Translations under genes and position numbers: made by a program
Notes under the pieces: generated by a model
What the model was told of the DNA's origin: nothing
Databases searched by the model: none
The model's input: only the letters and a program-made list of their open reading frames with translations
Part shown: one piece after another, positions 1 through 9,598 of the stretch
Position numbering within the stretch: the stretch's first letter is position 1
Layout: each line of letters starts with the position of its first letter
Origin: a virus
Taxonomy: Duplodnaviria; Caudoviricetes
DNA: 64,000 bases
IMG/VR virus record: IMGVR_UViG_2888028904_000001
Location: 1-64,000 of that record
Strand: one strand, 5' to 3'

Positions 1-1134
1 TTAAACAGCAATAATTTGCCATTCTTTGCCTCTATCGTCGTGGTATCTATCAGTCATATTTTGTGTTTTATGACCCAATAATTTTTGTGTATTAATTCCT
101 TGTTCTCGATAAAGTCGTTCGGATAAAGATCGCTGTTCATGGAAAGTCGGTGCCGTGCCTTTTTCCCAAGTTAACCCACATTTATCTCGCGCTTTTTTAA
201 ATGTTGTGGTTAACGTATTTGGCGTGACTTGTTCACCGCGTTTCGCTTGTGCGGTGGTATGCCGATAATGGACGAGATATTTGCTCACAACCGCGTCACG
301 ACATTGGGCAACAACATCCCTTAAGGAGAGATTGATAGCCTCACATTTTAGTGAGAGAGGGATGGCCAACTTACTCCCCGTTTTTTCTTGCTGTATATGT
401 AACATGTCATCCCAAATATCAGAGAATTTCATTTTACAGATATCACCGATCCGCTGACCTGTGGTTAAGGCCAGCAACATGCCACATTGCAAGTAAGGAG
501 GGTGGTTCTTAGCTTGCTGGTAAATAGTGCGCCATTCTTCCAATGTCATGCGTTCTCTTTTCACTCTGTTCCGTGGTTGTTTCGTTGCTTTCGCAGGATT
601 GTAACCAGGCGGAACATAGCCAGCATGTTGAGCTTCTTTAAATACATCAATAAGCACCATGCGAACGACCTGAGCCATTCTTGAATGTCCTAATACTTTG
701 ACTGAATCTATTATTTCAGCAATATCTAAAGCGGTTATCTCTTTTAATATTTTCGTACCACAATACTGACGGAATAAATTAATAGGTTTCATTTTTTGTC
801 GATAAGAATTAATTTTTAATTCACCGATATCTAATCTTTCTTTTTGAATATCTAAATATTTATCCATCCATATATCGACAGATATTTCAGACTTATTTGT
901 CTTAATTTTTGATAACCGTTCATTAATACTTAATAACTGTCGAGTATGTTGTTCTGCAATAATTGTATTGGCCTGAATGGCAGTTTCTCTCGCTTCCTGC
1001 TCGTCGGTGCCTAAGCTATGAAATTTACCAGTGATGGGATGTTTATATTGCCAATAAATTTTGCCGTTACGTTTATCTAGCTTTCGATATAGATTAGGAA
1101 TGATAATTTTATGGGTTCGTGGTCGGGCAGCCAT
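1..1134 (-). CDS. int: Lambda-family tyrosine integrase
   Basis: N-terminal arm-binding domain; TGQRIGD, FHEQRSL, LLGH..TDRY catalytic motifs. Confidence 0.97.
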   Translation of the reverse strand: MAARPRTHKIIIPNLYRKLDKRNGKIYWQYKHPITGKFHSLGTDEQEARETAIQANTIIAEQHTRQLLSINERLSKIKTNKSEISVDIWMDKYLDIQKERLDIGELKINSYRQKMKPINLFRQYCGTKILKEITALDIAEIIDSVKVLGHSRMAQVVRMVLIDVFKEAQHAGYVPPGYNPAKATKQPRNRVKRERMTLEEWRTIYQQAKNHPPYLQCGMLLALTTGQRIGDICKMKFSDIWDDMLHIQQEKTGSKLAIPLSLKCEAINLSLRDVVAQCRDAVVSKYLVHYRHTTAQAKRGEQVTPNTLTTTFKKARDKCGLTWEKGTAPTFHEQRSLSERLYREQGINTQKLLGHKTQNMTDRYHDDRGKEWQIIAV

Positions 1135-1360
1135 CTGTAATTATCCTCTTAAGTCGTTCCGTTGATTTAGTAGGAATTTGGGGGAGAGACAGATAGCCCA
1201 CATAACGAGCTTCTCTATCAACCATCCACTTACGGCCAACTTTCATTGCAGGTGGTGCAATAAGGTTATTCTTTGCGTATTTTTGTAATACCGTCATGCA
1301 AGGAGAAGCATCTCCAAATTCCAACCTTGCCCACGCTTCAAGAGTCACCATTCTTGACAT
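1109..1360 (-). CDS. xis: Excisionase
   Basis: Overlaps int start; TLEAWA...PPAMKVGRKWMV Xis pattern. Confidence 0.9.
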   Translation of the reverse strand: MSRMVTLEAWARLEFGDASPCMTVLQKYAKNNLIAPPAMKVGRKWMVDREARYVGYLSLPQIPTKSTERLKRIITDGCPTTNP

Positions 1361-1445
1361 ATTTTCTCTCCATACTGCCGTATACAGTTTAAATAGACGT
1401 TAATTATGCTGGTGGTATTTATTTAAACTTTTTAGAACTGTTTAT

Positions 1446-1982
1446 TTAGCTCCTTTTACTTAATTCATTAAATCTACGTAAAAATAAAACTTTGGCTTGT
1501 AGAGGGGTTAATGGATTAACAATAAAATCACTTGTAGGAATGCCTTCAAGCATTAGCCAATTGCTACCCACATCAATATCTAAATCTCGTTTTTCAGTTG
1601 CTAACATCATTAAGTCGGCTAAATGCACAGCGTCCGACATAACGGGTGGCAAGTTATATTTTTGACGAATAACAGTATCAATTCTTTTTTCTATCTCCTT
1701 ATATTCAGGTAATAGCTTTTTAAGCGGTGATGGCAGATCTTTTACATAGGCCTCACTGGCATCATGAAGTAAGGCTTCTAAAGCATATTCTGGAGCAACT
1801 AAATAGCTGACATATACTGAGTGTTGAGCAACAGAGTAGAAATTATCAATCTGTCCATTAAAGCGACATTCATTAGCTAAACCCGTCGCAATGTCTTGAA
1901 TATCTATATCCTCGATCCGTACATCGAGGTAATAGAAGTGCTTATTCGTTGCAGTTGCAATATAAGACATTATTCTCTCCAC
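1446..1982 (-). CDS. HD-domain hydrolase (YfdR-like 5'-deoxynucleotidase)
   Basis: CRFNGQ..YSVAQHS..LLHDASEAY..D motifs. Confidence 0.85.
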   Translation of the reverse strand: MERIMSYIATATNKHFYYLDVRIEDIDIQDIATGLANECRFNGQIDNFYSVAQHSVYVSYLVAPEYALEALLHDASEAYVKDLPSPLKKLLPEYKEIEKRIDTVIRQKYNLPPVMSDAVHLADLMMLATEKRDLDIDVGSNWLMLEGIPTSDFIVNPLTPLQAKVLFLRRFNELSKRS

Positions 1983-2216
1983 ATAATTTAAGTAATAAAG
2001 ATCCCTCTCGAATTAATCGAGATTAAATTTCCCTGATGTTGGTTAATGGTAAATAAAGACTTATTTTTTATGTTTCAATTATTGAACTTGATTATTGCTT
2101 ACCTCAAGTTGTGGCTGTTTCTATTGTTTCCCAACAGACAGAAACTATTTATCTTCACATGAAAATTTTTATTAAGGTGTTTTTACACACATAATTGAAT
2201 TAGATATTAATCATAA

Positions 2217-2297
2217 TGTAACTCATCCTACACCGCACACTTAAAATGTAGGATAACCAACATTGATGTGTCAAGTGTTTTTGTAGGAAATCTTACA
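2217..2297 (-). promoter_or_regulatory. OL/PL: three 16-bp operators (2217-2232, 2247-2262, 2282-2297) and leftward promoter TTGACA-N18-TACATT
   Basis: Palindromic TGTAGG-N4-CCTACA variants; same motif and promoter at OR. Confidence 0.8.
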
Positions 2298-2359
2298 TCG
2301 GTATGTGATGGTAATAAAAAATCCTCCGAAGAGGATCCTTTTATCAATGAGATAGGAAA

Positions 2360-3007
2360 TTATGGTAAATGAGCTATTTTGGCATCCACAACAACACCCA
2401 CAATTTTACAATTTCCATTGATTGGTATTAAGCGGTATTGAGGGTTTAATGGTTTTAAGTAATGGTTGCCTGCATCCACAATGTACTGCTTAAATGTAAC
2501 TTCATTTTCAGATTCTAATTTAGCGACAACTAGCTTGCCACTAACAACCTCTACTGCGGGATCTACTAATATAATCATCCCTTCAGGAATACTTAGTCCA
2601 GAAGGAGAGGTCATAGAATCTCCTTTTACTTCTAGCCAAAATGATTCTTCGGAACAATGCACAGTTGTCTCATACCATGTATCGATTGATTTTCTATGAT
2701 ATGGCTCTACGGCCTCAGACCAATTCCCAGCGCTTACCCAGCTAATTAAAGGGTATTCACCACTAGATCTATTAAATTTTAAAAACGAAACATTAGAAAT
2801 AGGATCTTCTTTTCCATCAACAAGCCAAATAGGGCTTGTTTCAAGAGCACTCGCTAATGCTTGAAGATTAGCGCCATTGGGTTGATAGTCACCTTTTTCC
2901 CAACCAGTAACAGTTACACGATTAACTCCAGCTTTTTTAGCTAGAGCCTGTTGTGTCATTTTCAGCTCAAGGCGTCTTTGTTTAATTCGTTCGCTCATTT
3001 CTTTCAT
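2360..3007 (-). CDS. cI: CI-like repressor (XRE HTH + S24 peptidase)
   Basis: HTH TQQALAKKAGVNRVTVTGWE; VSAG cleavage site; GDSM and VTFK catalytic motifs; start taken at ATG 3007. Confidence 0.93.
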   Translation of the reverse strand: MKEMSERIKQRRLELKMTQQALAKKAGVNRVTVTGWEKGDYQPNGANLQALASALETSPIWLVDGKEDPISNVSFLKFNRSSGEYPLISWVSAGNWSEAVEPYHRKSIDTWYETTVHCSEESFWLEVKGDSMTSPSGLSIPEGMIILVDPAVEVVSGKLVVAKLESENEVTFKQYIVDAGNHYLKPLNPQYRLIPINGNCKIVGVVVDAKIAHLP

Positions 3008-3072
3008 GTAGGAAAGCCTACCACATTCTAAATGTAAGAATCTTGACATTTAAATGTAAGATATCCTACATT
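3007..3072 (+). promoter_or_regulatory. OR/PR: three operators (3007-3022, 3033-3048, 3055-3070) and promoter TTGACA(3043)-N18-TACATT(3067)
   Basis: Same 16-bp palindrome as OL, between divergent cI and cro. Confidence 0.8.
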
Positions 3073-3110
3073 GTATGCGTGTGAATTATTCACTTACCAA
3101 AGGATTACAA

Positions 3111-3305
3111 ATGAAGAAAAAAGATGTAATCACGTTTTTTGGTGGTACGTGTAAAACAGCAAAAGCCCTCGGTATTAAACATCCTTCGGTGTGTGGTTGG
3201 GGATATATCATTCCTAAAGTAAGGGCGTATGAAATAGAAAAAATCACCAAGGGAAAACTTAAATATAACCCTGAACTTTATAGAAAAAATACCAAAACAG
3301 CATAA
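3111..3305 (+). CDS. cro: Cro-like regulator
   Basis: MKKKDVITFFGG..TAKALGI..SV..W..IIP..RAYEIE pattern; divergent from cI. Confidence 0.9.
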   Translation: MKKKDVITFFGGTCKTAKALGIKHPSVCGWGYIIPKVRAYEIEKITKGKLKYNPELYRKNTKTA

Positions 3306-3342
3306 GGCAATTAACTACCAATAAAAGATAGAGCAGGTAGAT

Positions 3343-3819
3343 ATGAGCAAACATTCAATTAAAGAAGTTATTAAAGAAATGTGCAAAGCACTGCCGGGTG
3401 GACGTTCTGCTATGGCAGGGGCTCTAGGTATGTCACTCGAGACGTTTAATAACAAGCTATACGAAAAAAATGGCTGTCGTTTCTTTGATATTGATGAACA
3501 GGAAGCCATGGAAGACATTTCGGGCACTAAGTTGCTGGTGGAATATCACCTAGATCGTCATGGCATGAGTGCACTACCAAAAATAGAAGCAGAAAAGATA
3601 GATCAAGTAGAGCTGTTTGATATGCGAATGACATTGGCTGCTATGCAAGGTTCACTCGCCGTTTTAATTCAAGAAAGTCTTGTTGATGGTGTTTTAACGG
3701 ATGAAGAAATAGGGCGTATTTATCGAAAAGCAGGAAAAGTTTTTGCGTATGCAATTGGGTTCTTGGATTCACTGAAAGTGTTATACGGTGAAAAACAGGA
3801 AGCGACTAAGAAAGGGTGA
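3343..3819 (+). CDS. YmfL/CII-like regulatory protein
   Basis: GGRSAMAGALGMS..FNNKLYEKNGCRFF; position after cro. Confidence 0.75.
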   Translation: MSKHSIKEVIKEMCKALPGGRSAMAGALGMSLETFNNKLYEKNGCRFFDIDEQEAMEDISGTKLLVEYHLDRHGMSALPKIEAEKIDQVELFDMRMTLAAMQGSLAVLIQESLVDGVLTDEEIGRIYRKAGKVFAYAIGFLDSLKVLYGEKQEATKKG

Positions 3820-3881
3820 AGCCAAAGGTATACGGCCTCTGGCTTCGGTTGCCAATTTCAATGATGTGAAGAGAAATAAGC

Positions 3882-4091
3882 ATGAGTAGATTAGCGCATC
3901 TAATACCTAAAAAGCAATTTCGCTGTTTACCCTTAACTAAAGAGGGAACATTTCGCTATGTAGAAAGCATACCGAGTGACAATCGATCACACAACTACCG
4001 AAAAAATATTGATTTGGTAGATAAGAGGACACTGAAAAAGTCATGGGCTGATTTCTATTTCTTGAGTGGAGGAAAATGCAATGCGAAATGA
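3882..4091 (+). CDS. Hypothetical phage protein
   Basis: ORF in early right operon. Confidence 0.4.
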   Translation: MSRLAHLIPKKQFRCLPLTKEGTFRYVESIPSDNRSHNYRKNIDLVDKRTLKKSWADFYFLSGGKCNAK

Positions 4092-4260
4092 AGATCCCAA
4101 TCGTCTTGATCGCTATTACAGAAACCCTCGAGGGCTCCTTGTTCATGTCATTCGTTATGATCGAGAAAAACAGCGCGTTATTTTTATGATTGATGGTTGT
4201 GAATACGAACAATGCGAGCCGGTTCAAAGATTTAAAGAGAGATATACCCGAGTTAAGTGA
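4081..4260 (+). CDS. DUF4222-like small phage protein
   Basis: RYYRNPRG..VHVIRYD...RVIFM pattern upstream of rep. Confidence 0.65.
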   Translation: MRNEDPNRLDRYYRNPRGLLVHVIRYDREKQRVIFMIDGCEYEQCEPVQRFKERYTRVK

Positions 4261-4268
4261 GGCCTCTT

Positions 4269-5333
4269 ATGAGTGTTAAATTATCTAGCTATGTTTGGGA
4301 TGGTTGCGCCCATGCAGGTTTAAAACTCACATCAGTCGCTATCATGGCAAGATTAGCTGATTTTTCTAATGATGAAGGCATTTGTTGGCCTTCTGTTGTG
4401 ACAATTGCTCGTCAAATTGGTGCGGGTGAAAGCACGGTGCGCACAGCAATAAAACAGTTGGAAAAAGAAGGGTGGTTAACCAGCGAAAAGCGTAGAAAAG
4501 GCAATCGCAACGCAAGCAATATCTATCAGCTGAATGTAGAGAAACTATACCAATCAGCAAAGAAAGCGCTTTCTCAACCAACAAAATCTGACGTATCAAA
4601 ACCTGACGCATCAGGATCTGACCCATCAAAATTTGTTGCATCAAATTCTGTTCCCTCAAAATCGAGCAAAAATAGGGATTTTGACCCGCCAGCTCCTGAG
4701 GGCGATCCATCAGTAACTTCAAAATATGATCCATCAATAAATTATTCTTCGTCGCAGAATTCTGGCGAATCCAGCGACCAGCCCAAAAATGATTTTTTAA
4801 CTCGTTATCCTGAAGCTGTGATTTACAGCGCCAACTTTCAAAAATGGGGCTCCGCTGACGATTTGAAGTGCGCTAAATGGCTATTCAGTCGTAAATGCGA
4901 AGTGTTTCAAGAGATGGGATTAAAAACGCCTAAAGAGCCAAATTTCACTGATTGGGCTAATGATATTCGCTTAATGACAACGATTGATGGGCATACTCAC
5001 AAAGAAATTTGCCAGTTCTATAAACGAATTACGCAAGATGATTTTTGGAAAAAGAATGTTCAGTGTCCTCGTACACTCAGGGCTCAATGGGATGATTTAA
5101 CCTTACGTTTGGCGGGTAAGAAAAAAATCACCATCGACTCCGTAGAGCGTGATGAAACATTCCGGCTCATCTGGGGTACGGGTTGGAAACCTAAAAATAA
5201 AATCCAAGAATTAGCCGCTATTCAGGCAAAGAAAAATGGTCTAGGCCGAATGAATGAGGTTGCAGGTTTAGCTGCGTGGCGAGGTATTTGGCAACAAGTC
5301 GCGGAACAAGTTGCTCAGGAAGTTTTGCTATAA
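4269..5333 (+). CDS. Phage replication initiator (N-terminal HTH)
   Basis: LADFSNDEGICWPSV..IA HTH; internal iteron-like repeats. Confidence 0.88.
   Translation: MSVKLSSYVWDGCAHAGLKLTSVAIMARLADFSNDEGICWPSVVTIARQIGAGESTVRTAIKQLEKEGWLTSEKRRKGNRNASNIYQLNVEKLYQSAKKALSQPTKSDVSKPDASGSDPSKFVASNSVPSKSSKNRDFDPPAPEGDPSVTSKYDPSINYSSSQNSGESSDQPKNDFLTRYPEAVIYSANFQKWGSADDLKCAKWLFSRKCEVFQEMGLKTPKEPNFTDWANDIRLMTTIDGHTHKEICQFYKRITQDDFWKKNVQCPRTLRAQWDDLTLRLAGKKKITIDSVERDETFRLIWGTGWKPKNKIQELAAIQAKKNGLGRMNEVAGLAAWRGIWQQVAEQVAQEVLL
4581..4670 (+). repeat. Six tandem degenerate 15-bp repeats (consensus ~TCAAAATCTGACGCA), probable ori iterons
   Basis: Visible 15-bp periodicity in the middle of the rep gene. Confidence 0.7.
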
Positions 5334-5354
5334 ACGAGAGTGGAGAAAAATAAC

Positions 5355-6161
5355 ATGAATGGACTAATTGTTATTGATGGTGTTCAAATTCGTCGAGATA
5401 CCGCAGGGCGTTATTGTTTAAATGATCTTCATCGAGTCTCAGGTGGTGAAAAACGGCATCAACCGTCGAATTGGAGTGCTTTGACTCAAACTAAAGAGTT
5501 GGTTGATGAAATTTCAACCGCTCCTGTGATCTCAGGAGCGGTTCCTATTGTGACCATTGTCGGTGGGCTTAACCAAGGAACATATGTTTGCAAAGAATTA
5601 GTGTATGCCTATGCAATGTGGATAAGCCCATCATTTCATTTAAAAGTGATCCGGACTTTTGATGCTTTGATAAAACAGCAACACGACGAAAAGTTAGCCG
5701 ATAAAGTTCAAGCTGGAGTTATATTGCTTGAATCGATGGCAAAGAGCCTGAATTTCTCAAATTCTTCGAAACTAGGGGCGTATCAAAAATTACAAGCCAT
5801 GGCAGGCTTACCCGAATTAGCCCCTGTGTATGCGATTGATGCGCCAAGCGGATCAATGGATGGTTCAAGTCGTCCAACAGTAGCTTTATCAACACTGATT
5901 AGAAAACATCAATTACCTATTTCAGCGCAACAAGCTTATAAGCGGTTGGCCGATCTCGGCATTGTTGAACGTTTATCTCGGCCAAGTACGAAAACTGCTA
6001 ACAAAGTGAAAGAGTTTTGGTCAGTGACTGCAAGGGGCTGTCAGTTTGGGAAGAACATGACCAGCCCTAATAATCCTCGTGAAACTCAACCTCATTTCTT
6101 TGAAAGTAAAACGGATGAATTGATCCGTATGGTGATGCTGAATAAGCAGGTGAGTGCATGA
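5355..6161 (+). CDS. KilA-N domain protein
   Basis: GRYCLNDLH...QGTYVCKELVYAYAMWISPSF. Confidence 0.9.
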   Translation: MNGLIVIDGVQIRRDTAGRYCLNDLHRVSGGEKRHQPSNWSALTQTKELVDEISTAPVISGAVPIVTIVGGLNQGTYVCKELVYAYAMWISPSFHLKVIRTFDALIKQQHDEKLADKVQAGVILLESMAKSLNFSNSSKLGAYQKLQAMAGLPELAPVYAIDAPSGSMDGSSRPTVALSTLIRKHQLPISAQQAYKRLADLGIVERLSRPSTKTANKVKEFWSVTARGCQFGKNMTSPNNPRETQPHFFESKTDELIRMVMLNKQVSA

Positions 6162-7183
6162 AATTATTATTAACACCTTATATTCAGTCTGATCTTGGTG
6201 TTGTTTTATTGAAGCCTGAAGCGGAGTTGCTTGAGCAACTAAAACAACATTCTCGTGTGATTATTAGTGATGTACCAAAGAGTTTAGATAAATGGCCTTC
6301 TGGCGCATTAACAGGGAACGAACAGCCATTATTGAATAACAAGGACATTATTGGCTTTTTGAATAATGAAAAAGTGATCCAAGCTATGGGTGGGCTATCA
6401 TCGATGAATATGTGGATAGGTAGAAATATTCATTGCTGCCAGATTAACGATGAGAATGACAGTTATCATCATCATGAATTAACAACCACATGGCATAAAG
6501 ACGGTGTGATACGGACTTGTTGGTATCATGATAATCATATTCGTAATTCATCGGCGGGGTGGGTTGCTGAGTTAGCGTATAAAAATCGTATTGCTTGGAT
6601 GATAGATACTATTCGCAGTCGTTTGAGATTAGATGATAGCCATTCGCTGACGATACCTGACTTTTTTGCTTTTGCCGTGATGCATAAACTGGTTGATGAA
6701 TTACCTGATGCCATATTGCGTCGTATTCTAAATTGGCCTGATAAACCTAAAGAGCGCAGGGTGCATGGCGGTTTTCCTGAAGCTGATATTGTTCCAAATG
6801 AAGTGACAGCACTATCAGTAATGAATGCGCGTTTAGATGCTATAAAACCCGTTATTAATGTAGCTGTCGATCCTGAACCTCCAGCCTCATTTCTTCTTAA
6901 ACCTAAAATGCGCCGTTGGGAAAATTCCCAATGGCTTCAATGGGTAAAAACACAGCCATGTTGTGTTTGCGGACAACAAGCTGATGATCCACATCATATC
7001 ATCGGCCATGGTATGGGAGGCATGGGAACGAAAGCCCATGACTTATTCACTATTCCATTATGTCGCATTCATCATGACGAGTTACATCGTGATCCGAAAT
7101 TGTGGGAAGCCACTTACGGCAATCAAATCGAATTGTTATTTTCTTTTTTAAACCGTTCATTAGGAATGGGAGCATTGGTTTAA
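6158..7183 (+). CDS. DUF968-like protein with C-terminal HNH-like domain
   Basis: WVKTQPCCVCG..ADDPHH..TKAHDLFTIPLCRIHH. Confidence 0.85.
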   Translation: MKLLLTPYIQSDLGVVLLKPEAELLEQLKQHSRVIISDVPKSLDKWPSGALTGNEQPLLNNKDIIGFLNNEKVIQAMGGLSSMNMWIGRNIHCCQINDENDSYHHHELTTTWHKDGVIRTCWYHDNHIRNSSAGWVAELAYKNRIAWMIDTIRSRLRLDDSHSLTIPDFFAFAVMHKLVDELPDAILRRILNWPDKPKERRVHGGFPEADIVPNEVTALSVMNARLDAIKPVINVAVDPEPPASFLLKPKMRRWENSQWLQWVKTQPCCVCGQQADDPHHIIGHGMGGMGTKAHDLFTIPLCRIHHDELHRDPKLWEATYGNQIELLFSFLNRSLGMGALV

Positions 7184-7210
7184 CGTGTGTACGGCACGGG
7201 GAGTATTAGT

Positions 7211-7615
7211 ATGAGAGATATGCAGGAAGTTTTATCGCGTTGGGGAGCGTGGTGTGCTGATAATACTGAATCAGTTCAATGGTATTCTATCGCAGCAGGT
7301 TTTAAAAGATTAATCCCTAATAAAGTAAAATCTCGTCCTCAGTGTTGTGAAGATGATGCAATGGTAATTTCCAGTTGTATGGCCCAATTAAATAAAAAAA
7401 ATAGTGATATGCATGATCTCTTGCTCGATTATTATTTATTTGGAATGACTTTCATTCAGTTAGCCAAAAAACATCATTGCTCTGATACTTACATTGGAAA
7501 AAAACTACAAAAAGCGGAAGGTATCATTGAAGGAATGTTGATGATACTTGAGATTCCATTGGAAATGGATCGATATGTAAAAAAGTTATATAAAGACTTT
7601 ACGATCGTAAAATAA
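7211..7615 (+). CDS. Q: Late antiterminator Q
   Basis: [30 protein letters not shown]. Confidence 0.9.
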   Translation: MRDMQEVLSRWGAWCADNTESVQWYSIAAGFKRLIPNKVKSRPQCCEDDAMVISSCMAQLNKKNSDMHDLLLDYYLFGMTFIQLAKKHHCSDTYIGKKLQKAEGIIEGMLMILEIPLEMDRYVKKLYKDFTIVK

Positions 7616-7798
7616 TTGATATTGTGATAAGACTAACATCAAAACCAATTAGTCTATGAACTTCAGCAATAGTGTTTTTTGTTTATTTTGAGAGAGATTA
7701 TTCAGCGGTGAAGTAAGATTATTATATTTGATTGTTATTTTGAACATTGTACAATTAATCTCATATATAATTATTATTACTTTATATGAGATAAATTA

Positions 7799-8689
7799 AT
7801 GAAAGTTTATTGTACTCCAATAAAAATACGTTCTTCAGTCGCTAGTTATCCAGTGACTGATTTCTTTCATGATTTTGCTAATGTGTATAAAGATCAAATG
7901 GATTATGAGACCGTTGATAGAAAGGTTATGTTCTCTACATTTGAAAGAGATAATCACTTTATCTTTGTTGCTATAACTATGAAAAAGACAAAATCTTTTT
8001 GTCAAGCTGAGTTTGATACTCTTGATCAACTACTGCTAAGCTACAAAGAATTAGATGGGAATGGCATTTTAGAGTGTAACATACTGTTATTTAGAAAAGA
8101 CAATCTATCTGGAGTATATGTTTACAATGAAGGCTCAATGAGGCTTGCTCGTCTTGATGTCAAGTTAAGAAATTTCTTTTATGAAAAAGTAAGAGCTAAA
8201 GCTAAAAGAGTGCCTAGAAAAGAAAGGTTTGACATACAACGATTGGTTGATAACTCGACTTTGATGGATAAATTATCTAAATTTGACTTTGTCGATGAGC
8301 TCAATGTTACACTAACTGGTACAACAGTGAGAGACCGTATTCTTAATGGGTCGAGTTATGAAAAAGCTAAAACTGTTAGGTTAAGCTTTAGAACAGATGG
8401 TGTATCAATGAAGATTAGAAAAAACAAAAAAGAGCTTCATGATTACATCGAAGAGCTAAAAAAGGAACATGGGTCATCAATTAGTGTCAAAGGTAGATAT
8501 AGTGGCGCGATGGACGGTGAGACGATCGATGTTATAGATACAATAAACAGTATCTATACAATTGAACATGATGAGTACTTAAAAGATTTAGATAATGTGA
8601 AAATGAGCGATTTCGGAAATATTGGCTTATGTGATGTGTTGATAGATAAGGTAGATAAAAACAAATTAATAACATCACAGCAAAAATGA
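7799..8689 (+). CDS. Hypothetical soluble protein, RexA-like (candidate exclusion sensor)
   Basis: Low-GC moron; local pattern similarity to lambda RexA (recalled sequence); followed by 4-TM gene. Confidence 0.5.
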   Translation: MKVYCTPIKIRSSVASYPVTDFFHDFANVYKDQMDYETVDRKVMFSTFERDNHFIFVAITMKKTKSFCQAEFDTLDQLLLSYKELDGNGILECNILLFRKDNLSGVYVYNEGSMRLARLDVKLRNFFYEKVRAKAKRVPRKERFDIQRLVDNSTLMDKLSKFDFVDELNVTLTGTTVRDRILNGSSYEKAKTVRLSFRTDGVSMKIRKNKKELHDYIEELKKEHGSSISVKGRYSGAMDGETIDVIDTINSIYTIEHDEYLKDLDNVKMSDFGNIGLCDVLIDKVDKNKLITSQQK

Positions 8690-8701
8690 TAGGTAACAAT
8701 T

Positions 8702-9244
8702 ATGAAGCCTAACAAAAGAGTTTTATTCAACGTACTGATATCATTAGGGATTTCCGCCTTTTTGTATGCCGTGGTTATATATGTACTTTTTGATATAAAT
8801 GATGGTGCTTGGGAAAGAGTTGTAAAAGTATATTCTGAAAGCATTCGTGGATATATTTTTACGGCATTCCTTGCAGTAGCTTCTTTTTTGTTATCATTGC
8901 TGACGTTTGTCGTTATTAATTTAAAAGAAAAAATGTTTGATTCTAAAGAATATATTGATATTGCAAAAAAAAGTTGGCAAAAGAAAAATGGATTGGTTGT
9001 TTTTAAAAAGAAAAACTTATATGAGCCTTTAGTTGTTATATCATGGGTTCTAGCTTTCGCTATATCAAGTTGCTTTTTGACGTCTATATCCCAGTTTCTT
9101 TTTGGGTTTTCATCTAATCATTATGTGTTGCTATTACCAACATATTTACCATTTTTATCGCTTACATTATTGATTTTTACTCTATACCAGATGGTTGATC
9201 TCATATTGCAGTGGTTGTCTTCAGATGCAGATTTAGACGCATAA
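8702..9244 (+). CDS. Four-TM membrane protein (RexB-like role inferred)
   Basis: Four hydrophobic segments; 12 bp after upstream gene. Confidence 0.55.
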   Translation: MKPNKRVLFNVLISLGISAFLYAVVIYVLFDINDGAWERVVKVYSESIRGYIFTAFLAVASFLLSLLTFVVINLKEKMFDSKEYIDIAKKSWQKKNGLVVFKKKNLYEPLVVISWVLAFAISSCFLTSISQFLFGFSSNHYVLLLPTYLPFLSLTLLIFTLYQMVDLILQWLSSDADLDA

Positions 9245-9267
9245 TTCAACGCAAGATTAAGAGAGGC

Positions 9268-9504
9268 ATGATGTACGAATTAATAACAATAGATGTTTCC
9301 TCTGACACTCCTAAAGGACTTGGAGTAAAACTTTATAAGACCCACCCTAGAATTGGCGAGTGGGTTGAAATGGACATAAATGAGGAAGGTACTATGTTTG
9401 AAGTTGTAATGGTGGCCCACTCAGATAGCGGAGCTGGTTCTGATATTTATGTAAGAAAACTAGGAACCACGCTCCAAGCAGTTAAAACACTTTGTCATAA
9501 ATAA
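9268..9504 (+). CDS. Small hypothetical protein
   Basis: GAGAGG RBS before ATG; followed by terminator. Confidence 0.55.
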   Translation: MMYELITIDVSSDTPKGLGVKLYKTHPRIGEWVEMDINEEGTMFEVVMVAHSDSGAGSDIYVRKLGTTLQAVKTLCHK

Positions 9505-9538
9505 ACTATTGTAATCAATTAGTAATACTTTTTTACAT

Positions 9539-9560
9539 AGACCACTTGAGTGGTCTTTTT
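9539..9560 (+). terminator. Rho-independent terminator
   Basis: AGACCAC-TTGA-GTGGTCT then T run. Confidence 0.75.
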
Positions 9561-9598
9561 ATTATTGGCTTTAGCCCGTTTAAGTCGCGTCAGCGTCT

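Noticed and set aside
4581-4670. CRISPR-like array
   Set aside because: Tandem 15-mers without spacers inside rep; no CRISPR array or cas genes seen in the window
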